This document shows, piece by piece, positions 19,134-28,512 of a stretch of DNA of 64,000 bases. The translations under genes were made by a program, and so were the position numbers. The notes below the pieces were generated by a model. The model was not told the DNA's origin, ran no database searches, and worked only from the letters and a program-made list of their open reading frames with translations. This DNA is from Salinispira sp. (lineage in GTDB: Bacteria > Spirochaetota > Spirochaetia > DSM-27196 > Salinispiraceae). Position 1 is the stretch's first letter, and every line of letters begins with the position of its first letter. The stretch is taken from contig OZ271918.1 of NCBI GenBank assembly GCA_965602015.1, positions 2,944,001-3,008,000 on the forward strand, read 5' to 3'.

Positions 19134-20193
19134 GGTAAACAATCGTCGTATTTTCATCATTTATTATTCCTGCAATATCTGCCCAGGGGGTGCCGCAGAT
19201 GCCAATACCCTGCTGGTACGAGGCTCGCCATGCAAGCGATGTGCAATAGAAGCTATTAGTCGGCGTTTTGAGAGCAAGGTTATAATTGTACGGCTTCCCT
19301 CTCTGTGCAAGTGCATAATTCACTGCTCCGGATCTTTTCGAAGACGACACATTGGGCTTAGCATAATACCCTTTGAGGAATCCAGTCCATACCCAATAAT
19401 GTTCATGAACATTCAGGTAGGTAATATGAGGGTTAGGTACCTCCGGATAAGATCCTAACCAATAGTTAACCGGCTCAGGGTCTACGACATTCTGCCCTCC
19501 ATTCCAATGTGATCCCCCATTTCCCCAGGCAGACATCGTGAAGTCGTCAGTGCTATTTGTTGTCCATTCAGGGCGCCAAGAATTTGATCCATTAGCAATT
19601 ATCGACCCATGCCCTAAGCCTGATCCTGAACTGCCGCTTGATGCCCCCAAAGTCCCGACAATGTTTCCATTTTTATAGTGAGATCGAAACATACTCAGAC
19701 GATTTGCAGCAAATCCTCTGGCAGTTGTCATAGGTGCAGCATTTTGATGATGTTCAATCGATTGTAACTCAGTGCTTAATCTGTCGAAAAACGTTTCACT
19801 CCCGCGACTGGATGGAGACATGAGCTCTGCCGTCCGATTAAACGCTATCAGATAGTCTCGCAAAAAAGGTACCTGCTCGATGTTTCCGAGAATAGCTTGA
19901 GCTTGCTGATTTTTCCATTGACGGGTTATGTATTCCTGTTCCTCTGGGCTGAGATCCTCCCATTCTATCAACCCACCATCCTCATCAAAAATGGGAATCT
20001 CAAGCTCGTATCCAATCATCTCGCCTGATGGTGCGGAACGACTGTTTATCCCCTCCGAGCCCAATAAATTGTCGATATAATTGCTTACAATCTCCTGATC
20101 AGAATCTTGCACAGCAACCGGAACGATCCCATTACAACCAGAAAGAACTAACACGACCGTCAGTGTTAGAAGTGTGAAAATAGACTTTTTCAT
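19126..20193 (-). CDS. Lipoprotein with C-terminal permuted NlpC/P60 (YiiX/YebB-like) papain-fold domain
   Basis: Lipobox LSGC; GHGSII (His) precedes AVNYALAQRGKPYNY...FYCTSLAWRA (Cys); GGAGG RBS. Confidence 0.82.
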   Translation of the reverse strand: MKKSIFTLLTLTVVLVLSGCNGIVPVAVQDSDQEIVSNYIDNLLGSEGINSRSAPSGEMIGYELEIPIFDEDGGLIEWEDLSPEEQEYITRQWKNQQAQAILGNIEQVPFLRDYLIAFNRTAELMSPSSRGSETFFDRLSTELQSIEHHQNAAPMTTARGFAANRLSMFRSHYKNGNIVGTLGASSGSSGSGLGHGSIIANGSNSWRPEWTTNSTDDFTMSAWGNGGSHWNGGQNVVDPEPVNYWLGSYPEVPNPHITYLNVHEHYWVWTGFLKGYYAKPNVSSSKRSGAVNYALAQRGKPYNYNLALKTPTNSFYCTSLAWRASYQQGIGICGTPWADIAGIINDENTTIVYHD

Positions 20194-20553
20194 CTATTGC
20201 CTCCTAACGAAGATACAGCAGAACAATTAATTTTAGTAAATACTTTTTATTTTTTTATTTTAATAGATTATATTATTAAATTAGTATTATTTTACTTTAT
20301 AGAACCACAATTCACTTTAACCTCCGCACTCAGTAAATTACATGAACTACAGCCGTGGGCTGCTTAGTGATAAACCTTGCCCAAATAAAAGGTCTTTAGC
20401 ATTTCGTCACATTGGGTCGATCAATACCGCACGAGCAGCGTGCATAGTGCCCTCTATTTCAAAGAAAATGGCGATTTGCATATCCGCGCTTCGACTGTAC
20501 TCTTTGCGGAAGCAATCTGGTAAACGAAAATTAGAGGAAAAATGAAATAGCCG

Positions 20554-20575
20554 ATATAGCAAGTTCTTGCTATAT
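20554..20575. promoter_or_regulatory. Perfect inverted repeat, candidate operator
   Basis: ATATAGCAAG-tt-CTTGCTATAT in the divergent intergenic region. Confidence 0.45.
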
Positions 20576-20786
20576 GAGAATTGTGGTCGGTTTTTACTTC
20601 ATGGGTATTATGCCTGGCCGCTTTAACCGAATATGATTGAGGATTACCTCAAGCATCGCATCACACTGACCAGACAGTGCGAACCGTTATTTATCAGTTT
20701 CCCTACAGCATGTCGCGTAAGCAAATCCTTCGAAATAATGCAGATAAACGGGGACATACTTTTGATCCATGCTATAAAAGTATTGA

Positions 20787-21365
20787 ATGAAAAAGATTAC
20801 AGTAATTTTATGTCTGATTTATTTTTGCATTAATGTAATTGCCCAGGGCGATCTTCGTCCTGTCTTTGTAACGGAAACCCCTGAAGGCATTGTTGAGATC
20901 TTTTTCTCTCAAGACGGGTATCGCTCTGTAGTGTTCAGCTCGCCGGATCTCGAATCGGTGTATATCAATCAGGAAGGCAGTGCATTCCTGTCCGTAATTG
21001 GCGGTAATTACTACTTTTTTTCCGAAGCAGATTTAATTACAACTGACGCCATCTCCGGCGCTGTCCTGCTCGGCCACAACGGATCCGCCCAGATTTTGTT
21101 TTACAAAAAAGATGACCTCGCTCGACAACTTTGCATTTTTGACTTACGTACCGAGTCCATTAGCAAGACTGAGATTCAATACTCACATCAGATGACCGCG
21201 TATTGTGATAATCAAACCTGCATCCGTATTTATGAGCATGTTCTTCCGTCAGAATTGCAAGCAGCGAGACCCCGCTGGGTAGAAACTTTTAAAAATCGGT
21301 GGCCCGGCTCGGATTTACTCGGATATTCGGATGTCCGCGTAATTCAAGCGATAAGCACTTATTAG
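20787..21365 (+). CDS. Hypothetical exported protein
   Basis: Signal peptide MKKITVILCLIYFCINVIAQ; AT-rich 192-aa ORF. Confidence 0.65.
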   Translation: MKKITVILCLIYFCINVIAQGDLRPVFVTETPEGIVEIFFSQDGYRSVVFSSPDLESVYINQEGSAFLSVIGGNYYFFSEADLITTDAISGAVLLGHNGSAQILFYKKDDLARQLCIFDLRTESISKTEIQYSHQMTAYCDNQTCIRIYEHVLPSELQAARPRWVETFKNRWPGSDLLGYSDVRVIQAISTY

Positions 21366-21386
21366 TTTCTTCACTCCCGGCGGTGA

Positions 21387-22220
21387 TCAAAGCCCTTCGG
21401 CGATATCCGGAAAATACTTTTCTATAAGCTCGACCAAGGCGGCCTCGTCGCTGGTTTTGCTCAGCACCACGTCGGCCGCCATTTTTAACTCTTGTCGGGC
21501 GTTGGCGACGGCGGCGCCGACTCCGGCGGTCTTGATCATTTCGATATCGTTGAGACTGTCTCCCAGGGCGACGCATTCGCTCAAGGGTATTTGAAGCTTG
21601 GCGGCAAGCATCTCGAGGGCATGGCCCTTGCTCACCCCTGAGGCGACCACCTCCAGGTAATGGGGCTTTGAGAACATCAGCGATACCTGACCGCCGCTAA
21701 GCTCCTCAATGGCGTCCCTGTGCCGGAGAAGATCATGGTGATCGCCGATTATCAGCAGTTTTACCGACCCCTCGGGCAGGGCGTCTTCCAGTCTCGTTAC
21801 CATGTCTACGGGGAGGGAAGCGAGTTTGGCATACTCATCGGTCACACTGGGTCGGGTGCCCGGCCCGTTCTCAACCACGAATCCCGTGGAGTTATATCCC
21901 TGCACATGGAGGCTGTGCCGTCGGGCGTATTCCATAATCAGGGCGATGATCTGCGGACTAATAGCCTGTTCAAAGATGACATTCTCCGACAGGGCGGTGA
22001 CTACCCGACCGCCGTTAAATGAAATTATGTACTCGTCATCCGCCGGCTCTATTACCTTGTGAACGATTGGCTTCATGCTGGCGGTCGCCCGTCCCGAGCT
22101 CAGCACTACGGTAATTCCCGCCTCATGCATCAGCTGCAGGCCCCGTTTGGTGGCTTCGGGAAGGCTTCCGTCGTGAGCCAGTAGAGTGTCGTCCACATCA
22201 GAGGCAAATAATCGGTACAT
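21387..22220 (-). CDS. Cof-type HAD-IIB hydrolase
   Basis: SDVDDTLL, SSGR, SKG, GDSLNDIEM motifs. Confidence 0.93.
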   Translation of the reverse strand: MYRLFASDVDDTLLAHDGSLPEATKRGLQLMHEAGITVVLSSGRATASMKPIVHKVIEPADDEYIISFNGGRVVTALSENVIFEQAISPQIIALIMEYARRHSLHVQGYNSTGFVVENGPGTRPSVTDEYAKLASLPVDMVTRLEDALPEGSVKLLIIGDHHDLLRHRDAIEELSGGQVSLMFSKPHYLEVVASGVSKGHALEMLAAKLQIPLSECVALGDSLNDIEMIKTAGVGAAVANARQELKMAADVVLSKTSDEAALVELIEKYFPDIAEGL

Positions 22221-22234
22221 CCTTTCTCCTTATT

Positions 22235-23011
22235 TTAGCCCTTGCGGGGCTGATTTCCGCCGAAGAGCCATGAAAAACGCCGGCGGGTCTGATTGCGCAT
22301 GTTGTCCTGGTCGGGATTTCCGACGATGAGCTGGAAGTTGCGGCCCGAGGGACTAATCACCACGTACACAATCTCTCCCCGTCCGTCCATAATATTGTAC
22401 AGCTCGTAATTTCTGCCTCCGGATTGCCTGGCTATCATAACCGGGCTGCGGCCGAACTCGGCGATTATTTCTGGAAAATACATTTCCGAAAGGACGGCAT
22501 TGATCTGCTTTTTCACCAGATCGCTCCGGTTTTCGCCGGTTTTATCAAGATACTCGGTGCTCACGTAGACGATTTCCCCTGCGGCATTGACTACCAGTAT
22601 GGGCGACTCGAAGTTCTTCACCAGAAAGGCCAAGAGGGCGTTCATTCCGCGAATCTTTATCCCCCTTCTGCGGTTTGTCTGTATCAGTTCATTGTTTATC
22701 CGGTGGAAGTTCCGTCCCAAATCTCCAAGGCGCTCCTCGAGCAGCCTGCCTCCGTCTTCCATCCAGCGCTGACTGGCCATGAGGTTTTCTGCGGCCTGAC
22801 TTTGAGACCGGGCGCGAAGGAAAAGAATGATAGAAAGACTTCCGAGAGAGGCAGCCCCGATAATCGAGAAAAATACTATTCTCTCCGCAAGGAATTTTAC
22901 GGCGGCTGAATCCCGGGGCAGAATGTACCAACTGTAGAATCCCAGCCCGAAAACCGTCGCCACAGTCAGGACCAATGCAGTCCAGAAATACCGCCGGGGA
23001 ATGATGATCAT
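22235..23011 (-). CDS. Membrane protein with two TM helices and a PAS-like cytoplasmic domain
   Basis: Two hydrophobic segments; SPILVVNAAGEIVYVSTEYL is PAS-like. Confidence 0.6.
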   Translation of the reverse strand: MIIIPRRYFWTALVLTVATVFGLGFYSWYILPRDSAAVKFLAERIVFFSIIGAASLGSLSIILFLRARSQSQAAENLMASQRWMEDGGRLLEERLGDLGRNFHRINNELIQTNRRRGIKIRGMNALLAFLVKNFESPILVVNAAGEIVYVSTEYLDKTGENRSDLVKKQINAVLSEMYFPEIIAEFGRSPVMIARQSGGRNYELYNIMDGRGEIVYVVISPSGRNFQLIVGNPDQDNMRNQTRRRFSWLFGGNQPRKG

Positions 23012-23020
23012 TTCCGCCCC

Positions 23021-23719
23021 CTAAAGATTCTTGACCGTGTTGATGTCGTCATTGAACCCCACAACCATCAGAATATCATTGGCCTTGAGCTGCAGCTTTG
23101 CTTCGGGGAAAATCAGCTCGTCTTTGCTGTGGGGATTCCCCAGCTCGTCGACCTCCACATTGTCCCGCTTTATCGCCACGATGTTCAGCCTCAGTTTTGC
23201 CCGAAGATCGATTTCCTCCAGGGTCTTGTCGACGAAGTCCCGGGGGCAGTAGATCTCCGCCATACTGATGTTTTCGGATATGGGAATGAGGTCCAGAACC
23301 TGAGGCGCGATGAGCTTGACCGCCAGCTGCTCTCCCATCGCCTCCTCGATATTAATCACTTCGTCGGCGCCGATCTGGGTGAGAACCTGACGATGAAGGG
23401 GATTTATAGCCCGGGCCACCAGGTAGCGGACACCGGCTTTTTTAAGGAGGGCTGTGGCCAGAATGCTTCCCTCGACATTATCGCCGATGGCAACCACGCC
23501 GACGTCGGAATCTTCCAGGGACAGGCGCCGGTAGCCCTCTTCGTCGGTGGCGTCCATTATGACTGCCTGGGTGACGTGATTTTTCACCAGATTAACTCGT
23601 TCCTCGGAAGAATCGATGGCGATAACCTTTCCGCCCCGCTCAGCGATAATTTGACTCAGCTTCATGCCGAATGCTCCCAGGCCCACCACGGTGAACACCA
23701 GGTCTTTCATCTTTGCCAT
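23021..23719 (-). CDS. TrkA/KtrA family potassium uptake regulatory subunit
   Basis: VVGLGAFG RCK_N Rossmann motif plus C-terminal RCK_C (LNIVAIKR). Confidence 0.93.
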   Translation of the reverse strand: MAKMKDLVFTVVGLGAFGMKLSQIIAERGGKVIAIDSSEERVNLVKNHVTQAVIMDATDEEGYRRLSLEDSDVGVVAIGDNVEGSILATALLKKAGVRYLVARAINPLHRQVLTQIGADEVINIEEAMGEQLAVKLIAPQVLDLIPISENISMAEIYCPRDFVDKTLEEIDLRAKLRLNIVAIKRDNVEVDELGNPHSKDELIFPEAKLQLKANDILMVVGFNDDINTVKNL

Positions 23720-23723
23720 AATA

Positions 23724-25463
23724 CTATCCTATCAGAATTTCCTGCTCCGGATAAATCACATCGGACCCGGCCTGCCGGTCGGAGAGGGCCGTCAACAGCG
23801 TCAAAGGACCTATCCTTCCCATAAACATCAGTACGATAATTATTACCCGGCCAGTGCCGCTGAGATCTCCGGTAATGCCCCGGCTCAGACCTACGGTTGC
23901 AAACGCCGAAACCGTTTCAAAGAGCAGGTCGTCAAAGGCGCTTTGCTCGCTTAAAAGCAATAGGAAAAACCCGCCGCCCACGGCAAACACCGCGAAGACA
24001 AAAAGCACCAGGGCGTTGCTCGCGGTATTCCGGGTCAGGGCGAAATTAAAAAGCAGGACCCGATTTTGGGCCCGAAACCGGGACCGAAGATAGGCGAACA
24101 CCACCGCCAGGGTGTTCACCTTGATGCCACCGGCGGTTGACCCCGATGCGCCGCCGACGATCATGAACATGATGCTTATCCACACCGCCGCAGAGGAAAC
24201 CGCCGCGAAGTTCACCGTATTAAACCCGGCGGTCCGCAGGGTTACCGCCTGAAAGAACGACGCCAGGTACTGCTGTCCCAGGCCCAGGCTGGCCAAACTG
24301 TTTCCGTGCTCGCTGTAGTAAAACAACAGGGTGCTGGCAGCAAGCAATATAGCGGTGGTGCTGAGAACAACCCGGCTGTTAAGGCTGAGCTTGAGCACTC
24401 CGGACTTCCGGCTCCGGGGCCGCAGCCGGCCGGCGGTCACGGCTCCCAGGTTGATTATCACCGCGAAACTGATACCCCCAAGGATAATCAGGGCCGAAAG
24501 GGCTCCGTTAATTATCAGGTTATCACGGAAACCTTCGAAGCTGTCGGTGAACAGCGCAAAGCCCGCGTTACAGAACGCCGATACCGAGTGAAAGAGGCCG
24601 AACCACAGCGAGCGGCCGACCCCCATGCCCTCGAGGTAAAAACCCAGGGCCAGAATCAGCATCCCCACTGCCTCGATTGCCACCGTCAGGGTGACGATGC
24701 GCAGCATCGCCCGGTAGACCTGGCTGAGGTCTTCCTCATTGGTCATGTATGCAAGGGTAATTTTGTCCTTTAAATCGAGCTGACGGTTTATCACCCAGGA
24801 GGCAGTGTAGCTGAGCAGCATGATTCCAAGCCCTCCGGCTTGAATCAAAAGGAAGATGATGATCTGCCCGGCCAGGGTGAAATGGCTGGGGGTATCCACG
24901 ACGATAAGTCCGGTGACGCACACCGCCGAAGTGGCGGTGAACATGGCATCGATGATTCCAAGGCCCGTCCCGTCAACCGTAGAGAACGGCATCATCAACA
25001 GCAGCGCCCCCGCCAGGATTATCACCAGAAAACTGAGTACCAGGGTTTGGGCCGGATGGAGTGAAATGCTCTGCAGAAGACTGGAAACCTTCCGAATCCG
25101 GGGAATAATGCGGAAGTAGGAGAGGAAATTACGGATGATAATCAGCCCCGAGGCGGGAAACTGCCTCCCCCACTGGAGGTACCACTGAGGGTTTACCAAA
25201 ATGAACAGCACATATCCCATGTAGAGCAGGACCACCGCATTACCTATCGCATTGGTGCGCATCCAGTTCACCTTCCAGGGAGAACTGCGAAAGGAAAGAA
25301 TACTTTCGAAAATTACCGCGGCGGCCAACAGAAGCCGCAGTATGGTGGCCGGCGCACCGGTCGGCTCGCCGAATTGAATAAAAATGAGGAGCGCCGAGGC
25401 GAGGACCAGGCCGAGTATTAACAGCGTATCCAGGCTCCGCCGCATATTCTGCGGAGTATTCAT
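23724..25463 (-). CDS. TrkH/KtrB family potassium uptake membrane protein with N-terminal extension
   Basis: Four pore loops: SAVCVTGL, SAFCNAGF, RTAGFN, SAFATVGLS; GGASGSTAGGIK. Confidence 0.93.
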   Translation of the reverse strand: MNTPQNMRRSLDTLLILGLVLASALLIFIQFGEPTGAPATILRLLLAAAVIFESILSFRSSPWKVNWMRTNAIGNAVVLLYMGYVLFILVNPQWYLQWGRQFPASGLIIIRNFLSYFRIIPRIRKVSSLLQSISLHPAQTLVLSFLVIILAGALLLMMPFSTVDGTGLGIIDAMFTATSAVCVTGLIVVDTPSHFTLAGQIIIFLLIQAGGLGIMLLSYTASWVINRQLDLKDKITLAYMTNEEDLSQVYRAMLRIVTLTVAIEAVGMLILALGFYLEGMGVGRSLWFGLFHSVSAFCNAGFALFTDSFEGFRDNLIINGALSALIILGGISFAVIINLGAVTAGRLRPRSRKSGVLKLSLNSRVVLSTTAILLAASTLLFYYSEHGNSLASLGLGQQYLASFFQAVTLRTAGFNTVNFAAVSSAAVWISIMFMIVGGASGSTAGGIKVNTLAVVFAYLRSRFRAQNRVLLFNFALTRNTASNALVLFVFAVFAVGGGFFLLLLSEQSAFDDLLFETVSAFATVGLSRGITGDLSGTGRVIIIVLMFMGRIGPLTLLTALSDRQAGSDVIYPEQEILIG

Positions 25464-25526
25464 AAGGCAACCTTAGTTTATCGCCGTCGATTGGACAAGC
25501 TCCCGGCCGATGGGTAGAATCAGGCT

Positions 25527-26240
25527 ATGAAACGCGCGTATGCACTCCGCCATGTGCTGTTTGAAGATCTGGGAATACTGGGAGAAATTCTCCCCCTTCG
25601 GGGCTATCAGGTCGAATACATCGATATGCCCGGCTTATCGCCGGACAACTGGTTTGGAATTGATGATGCCGACCTCATTGTAATTCTCGGCGGTCCGATG
25701 AGCGTCAATGATCCGGCAGACTACCCGTGGATAGAAAAGGAACTCAGCCTGATACGCCGGCGGCTGGCGAACCGACGGCCGACTTTGGGTATTTGTCTCG
25801 GCGCCCAGTTTATGGCAAAGGCCCTGGGCGCCCGGGTGTATCCGGGCCAAAAAAGGCAGATCGGTTGGGGCACCCTTGAGGTCACCGACGCGGGAGCCGC
25901 CGCCGGATTCTCTTCTTTCTCATCGGAGGGTAAGGCCCGGGTTCTCCACTGGCACGGGGAGACCTTCGACCTTCCCAGTGGCGCCGTCCGCCTTGCGGGA
26001 GACCCTATCTGCCCGAATCAGGCATTCGCCCTGGATAACTGGGGTCTGGCCCTGCAGTTTCACCTCGAGGCGGCCTACCCTGCCCTGGAACACTGGTTCG
26101 CCGGTCACTGCGCCGAGCTTGCCCAATCGCCGAAAGTTTCCATCAGCGAACTGCGGGAGCAGAGCATACAAGAAAGCCCGGCAGCAATCGATGCCGCCGG
26201 GCCGGTATTTGACAAGTGGCTAAGCGGGCTGGAAGCCTAA
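25527..26240 (+). CDS. Class I glutamine amidotransferase-like protein
   Basis: GGPMSV, GICLGAQ, WHGETF, QFHLE. Confidence 0.92.
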   Translation: MKRAYALRHVLFEDLGILGEILPLRGYQVEYIDMPGLSPDNWFGIDDADLIVILGGPMSVNDPADYPWIEKELSLIRRRLANRRPTLGICLGAQFMAKALGARVYPGQKRQIGWGTLEVTDAGAAAGFSSFSSEGKARVLHWHGETFDLPSGAVRLAGDPICPNQAFALDNWGLALQFHLEAAYPALEHWFAGHCAELAQSPKVSISELREQSIQESPAAIDAAGPVFDKWLSGLEA

Positions 26241-27730
26241 AAACGCCCGCCGCCTAAATTAACGCTAATCGATGCGGTCAGATCGCCGAAGGGATTTTTC
26301 ACCGTCGGATTACCGCCGATGGTCCTGAATTCGCTGGGATCATCACCGTAGGCTCCGGTCAGGCCCAGGCTCAGGGACATACCGTCAAAGAGTCGGTAGC
26401 TCACGCTTCCGTTGACCAGACCGCTGAAATCGCTCCAATTGGCCTGCCAGAGTCCGGAAATACTGAGGTCATCCACCAGTAATTGACTTACTCCGAGGGA
26501 CAGCACGCTGTAGTGCTGTCCGGTATTTGTGAGGACCGACGAGTCGAGATCGCCGCTGACAAATACGCCATAATTGATGGCCTCGAGGAAATCCGGGCTG
26601 TCGTAGCCTTCGCCCTGGTAGTAGTACTGGGCAATGACATTTACATCGACCGAACTCTCAAACAGATCGCTTTTTAAGTAGAGGAAGCCGCCGGTGGCTG
26701 CGAGGTACAGCTCATCGTCTTCAGCGAAGGTCGGGGGCGTCGGCAAAACCGGGATGACGGCGGTCAAATCGCCGGGGTCGCCGATGTCGGTAATCACCTT
26801 ACCCTGACGGCCAAAGCTCACCCGCCCCTCCGCGAAAAAATTCCAGTCCCTCCAGGGAAAGCGGAGGGTACTCATCAGACGAAACGGCCGGTCCTGCTGG
26901 TACCCCGCACCGACGGCGAGTTCAACCGGCGGAAGGAAAAACGTCGCCCGCCCGGCGAACCCAAGGTCCTCGAGCTTTCGTACCGACTCGTCGCCTATGA
27001 CATAGGCGTCGAACTCGTTGAGACCCAGGGGCAGGGTCGCTTTAATCGCAACCGGACCCTCGCGGTCCGCTTCCGGATCGTCGATATCGATCGGCACCAG
27101 GGAAATAAAGTCAGCCGGGCTGTAGAAATATCCCACGCCCCAGTTCACCGTCTGCTTGCCGAAGCGGAAAAAGAGGCGCTCGTTCCAGTTCACGTCGGAG
27201 TAAAACTCAAAGATTTCCGAGTTCACGTCGAAGGGGTAGGACGTCCGGGCCCTCATGTAAATACGCAGGTCCCTGGACGGCCGGGCGTTGAGAAACACCG
27301 ATCCGCCAAGGCTGATTCCCAACAGTTCCTCATTCTCGCTGATCTGGAAATCTCCATCCCAGGCGTTTGCCCATGCCCAATTCGACGAAAGCGATGAGGA
27401 GAGGCTTCCGCCTATTTGCACCTCGTCGCTGGTCAGGAATTCAACAAAGGCGTCGCTCTCCCCGTCCTCCGAACCCTGCCCGGGCTCCGGGAGTTCTTCA
27501 ATCATTGAATCCCCGCCGAACAGGTCGTCTTCGCTGCCGGAAGATCCCCCGAAAAGATCGTCCTCAAGGGAGGAACCGTCGCCCCCGGTCGCATCGCTTT
27601 CACCTGAGGAGCCGCCGAAGAGGGCATCTTCATCGATACCCCCGTCCTGAGCGCCGAGGGAAAACGACAAAAGCATCAGTATAATCAACCCTAATGCCGG
27701 CCTCGTCAGATATTTAAAGCGCCGGGTCAT
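26237..27730 (-). CDS. Putative outer-membrane beta-barrel protein with acidic N-terminal region
   Basis: Signal peptide, GKQTVNWGVGYFYSPADF, amphipathic strands, C-terminal Phe. Confidence 0.65.
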   Translation of the reverse strand: MTRRFKYLTRPALGLIILMLLSFSLGAQDGGIDEDALFGGSSGESDATGGDGSSLEDDLFGGSSGSEDDLFGGDSMIEELPEPGQGSEDGESDAFVEFLTSDEVQIGGSLSSSLSSNWAWANAWDGDFQISENEELLGISLGGSVFLNARPSRDLRIYMRARTSYPFDVNSEIFEFYSDVNWNERLFFRFGKQTVNWGVGYFYSPADFISLVPIDIDDPEADREGPVAIKATLPLGLNEFDAYVIGDESVRKLEDLGFAGRATFFLPPVELAVGAGYQQDRPFRLMSTLRFPWRDWNFFAEGRVSFGRQGKVITDIGDPGDLTAVIPVLPTPPTFAEDDELYLAATGGFLYLKSDLFESSVDVNVIAQYYYQGEGYDSPDFLEAINYGVFVSGDLDSSVLTNTGQHYSVLSLGVSQLLVDDLSISGLWQANWSDFSGLVNGSVSYRLFDGMSLSLGLTGAYGDDPSEFRTIGGNPTVKNPFGDLTASISVNLGGGRF

Positions 27731-28485
27731 CGGTTCACCTGCTCCAGGTAGCTTCTGGTGAACACCGTGTCGGGGATGCGGTCAAAGGAGATGTTGCGAA
27801 TGGTGACCTCCGATCGTTCACCCTCATTGATGTTGTCGACAAAGAGCATTTTGGTCGGGATGAAGTAGCCCCCCGCCCGGGCATAGCTCGGGAAGTAGCT
27901 TGTCCGCAGCAGCCGCCCGGAGAGGCTGTAATCCTCTTCCTTCAGCAGGAGATAGTTGTCCTGCCTCACCCAGATGCGGATGGAGGGATAGGCCACCGTA
28001 TCAGTTTTGGCTTCCAAATCGAGGATATACACGTCGTATTGTCCGAGCGTGCCCTCTTCGTACCCCACGGCGGTGTAATTGTCCGACAGATCGCTGTCGT
28101 CGAAGTCGCTGTTTCTCGCTTCGCTGTCCTGGAAAGCGTCGCTCAGATTAAAAATGGCGAATTCCCGGCTTTCCGGGTCATAGGACCAACCGGTTTCGCC
28201 GACCTGAAGATAGCCCTCGCCTCGCTGGAGTACGGGTTCGAGAATGAGCAAAAGGAACTTCTCTTCCGAGTCCCGGCGGAAAATCCGTGATTTGAAAATG
28301 CTGCGTTCTTCTCCGGGGCGATCGGTCACTACGGTGTATTCCGCGGAAAAGTCCGCATTGTTGAAGGTGCCGAACTCGTCAATCGAACGGAGTATGGCGT
28401 CCAGGTCCGGTTCGTCCTGGGCTGACAGGAGAGCCGCCGGAATAATGAGCAGCGCAATGGCTGCCAGTACTATGCTTTTTTTCAC
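27727..28485 (-). CDS. Outer membrane lipoprotein-sorting (LolA-like) protein
   Basis: Signal peptide; FLLLILEP, YSLSGRLLRT, IPDTVFTRSYLE; lies inside the ABC operon. Confidence 0.82.
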   Translation of the reverse strand: MKKSIVLAAIALLIIPAALLSAQDEPDLDAILRSIDEFGTFNNADFSAEYTVVTDRPGEERSIFKSRIFRRDSEEKFLLLILEPVLQRGEGYLQVGETGWSYDPESREFAIFNLSDAFQDSEARNSDFDDSDLSDNYTAVGYEEGTLGQYDVYILDLEAKTDTVAYPSIRIWVRQDNYLLLKEEDYSLSGRLLRTSYFPSYARAGGYFIPTKMLFVDNINEGERSEVTIRNISFDRIPDTVFTRSYLEQVNR

Positions 28486-28512
28486 AATATGCTCCTTGTG
28501 GTCCCGCAGGCT

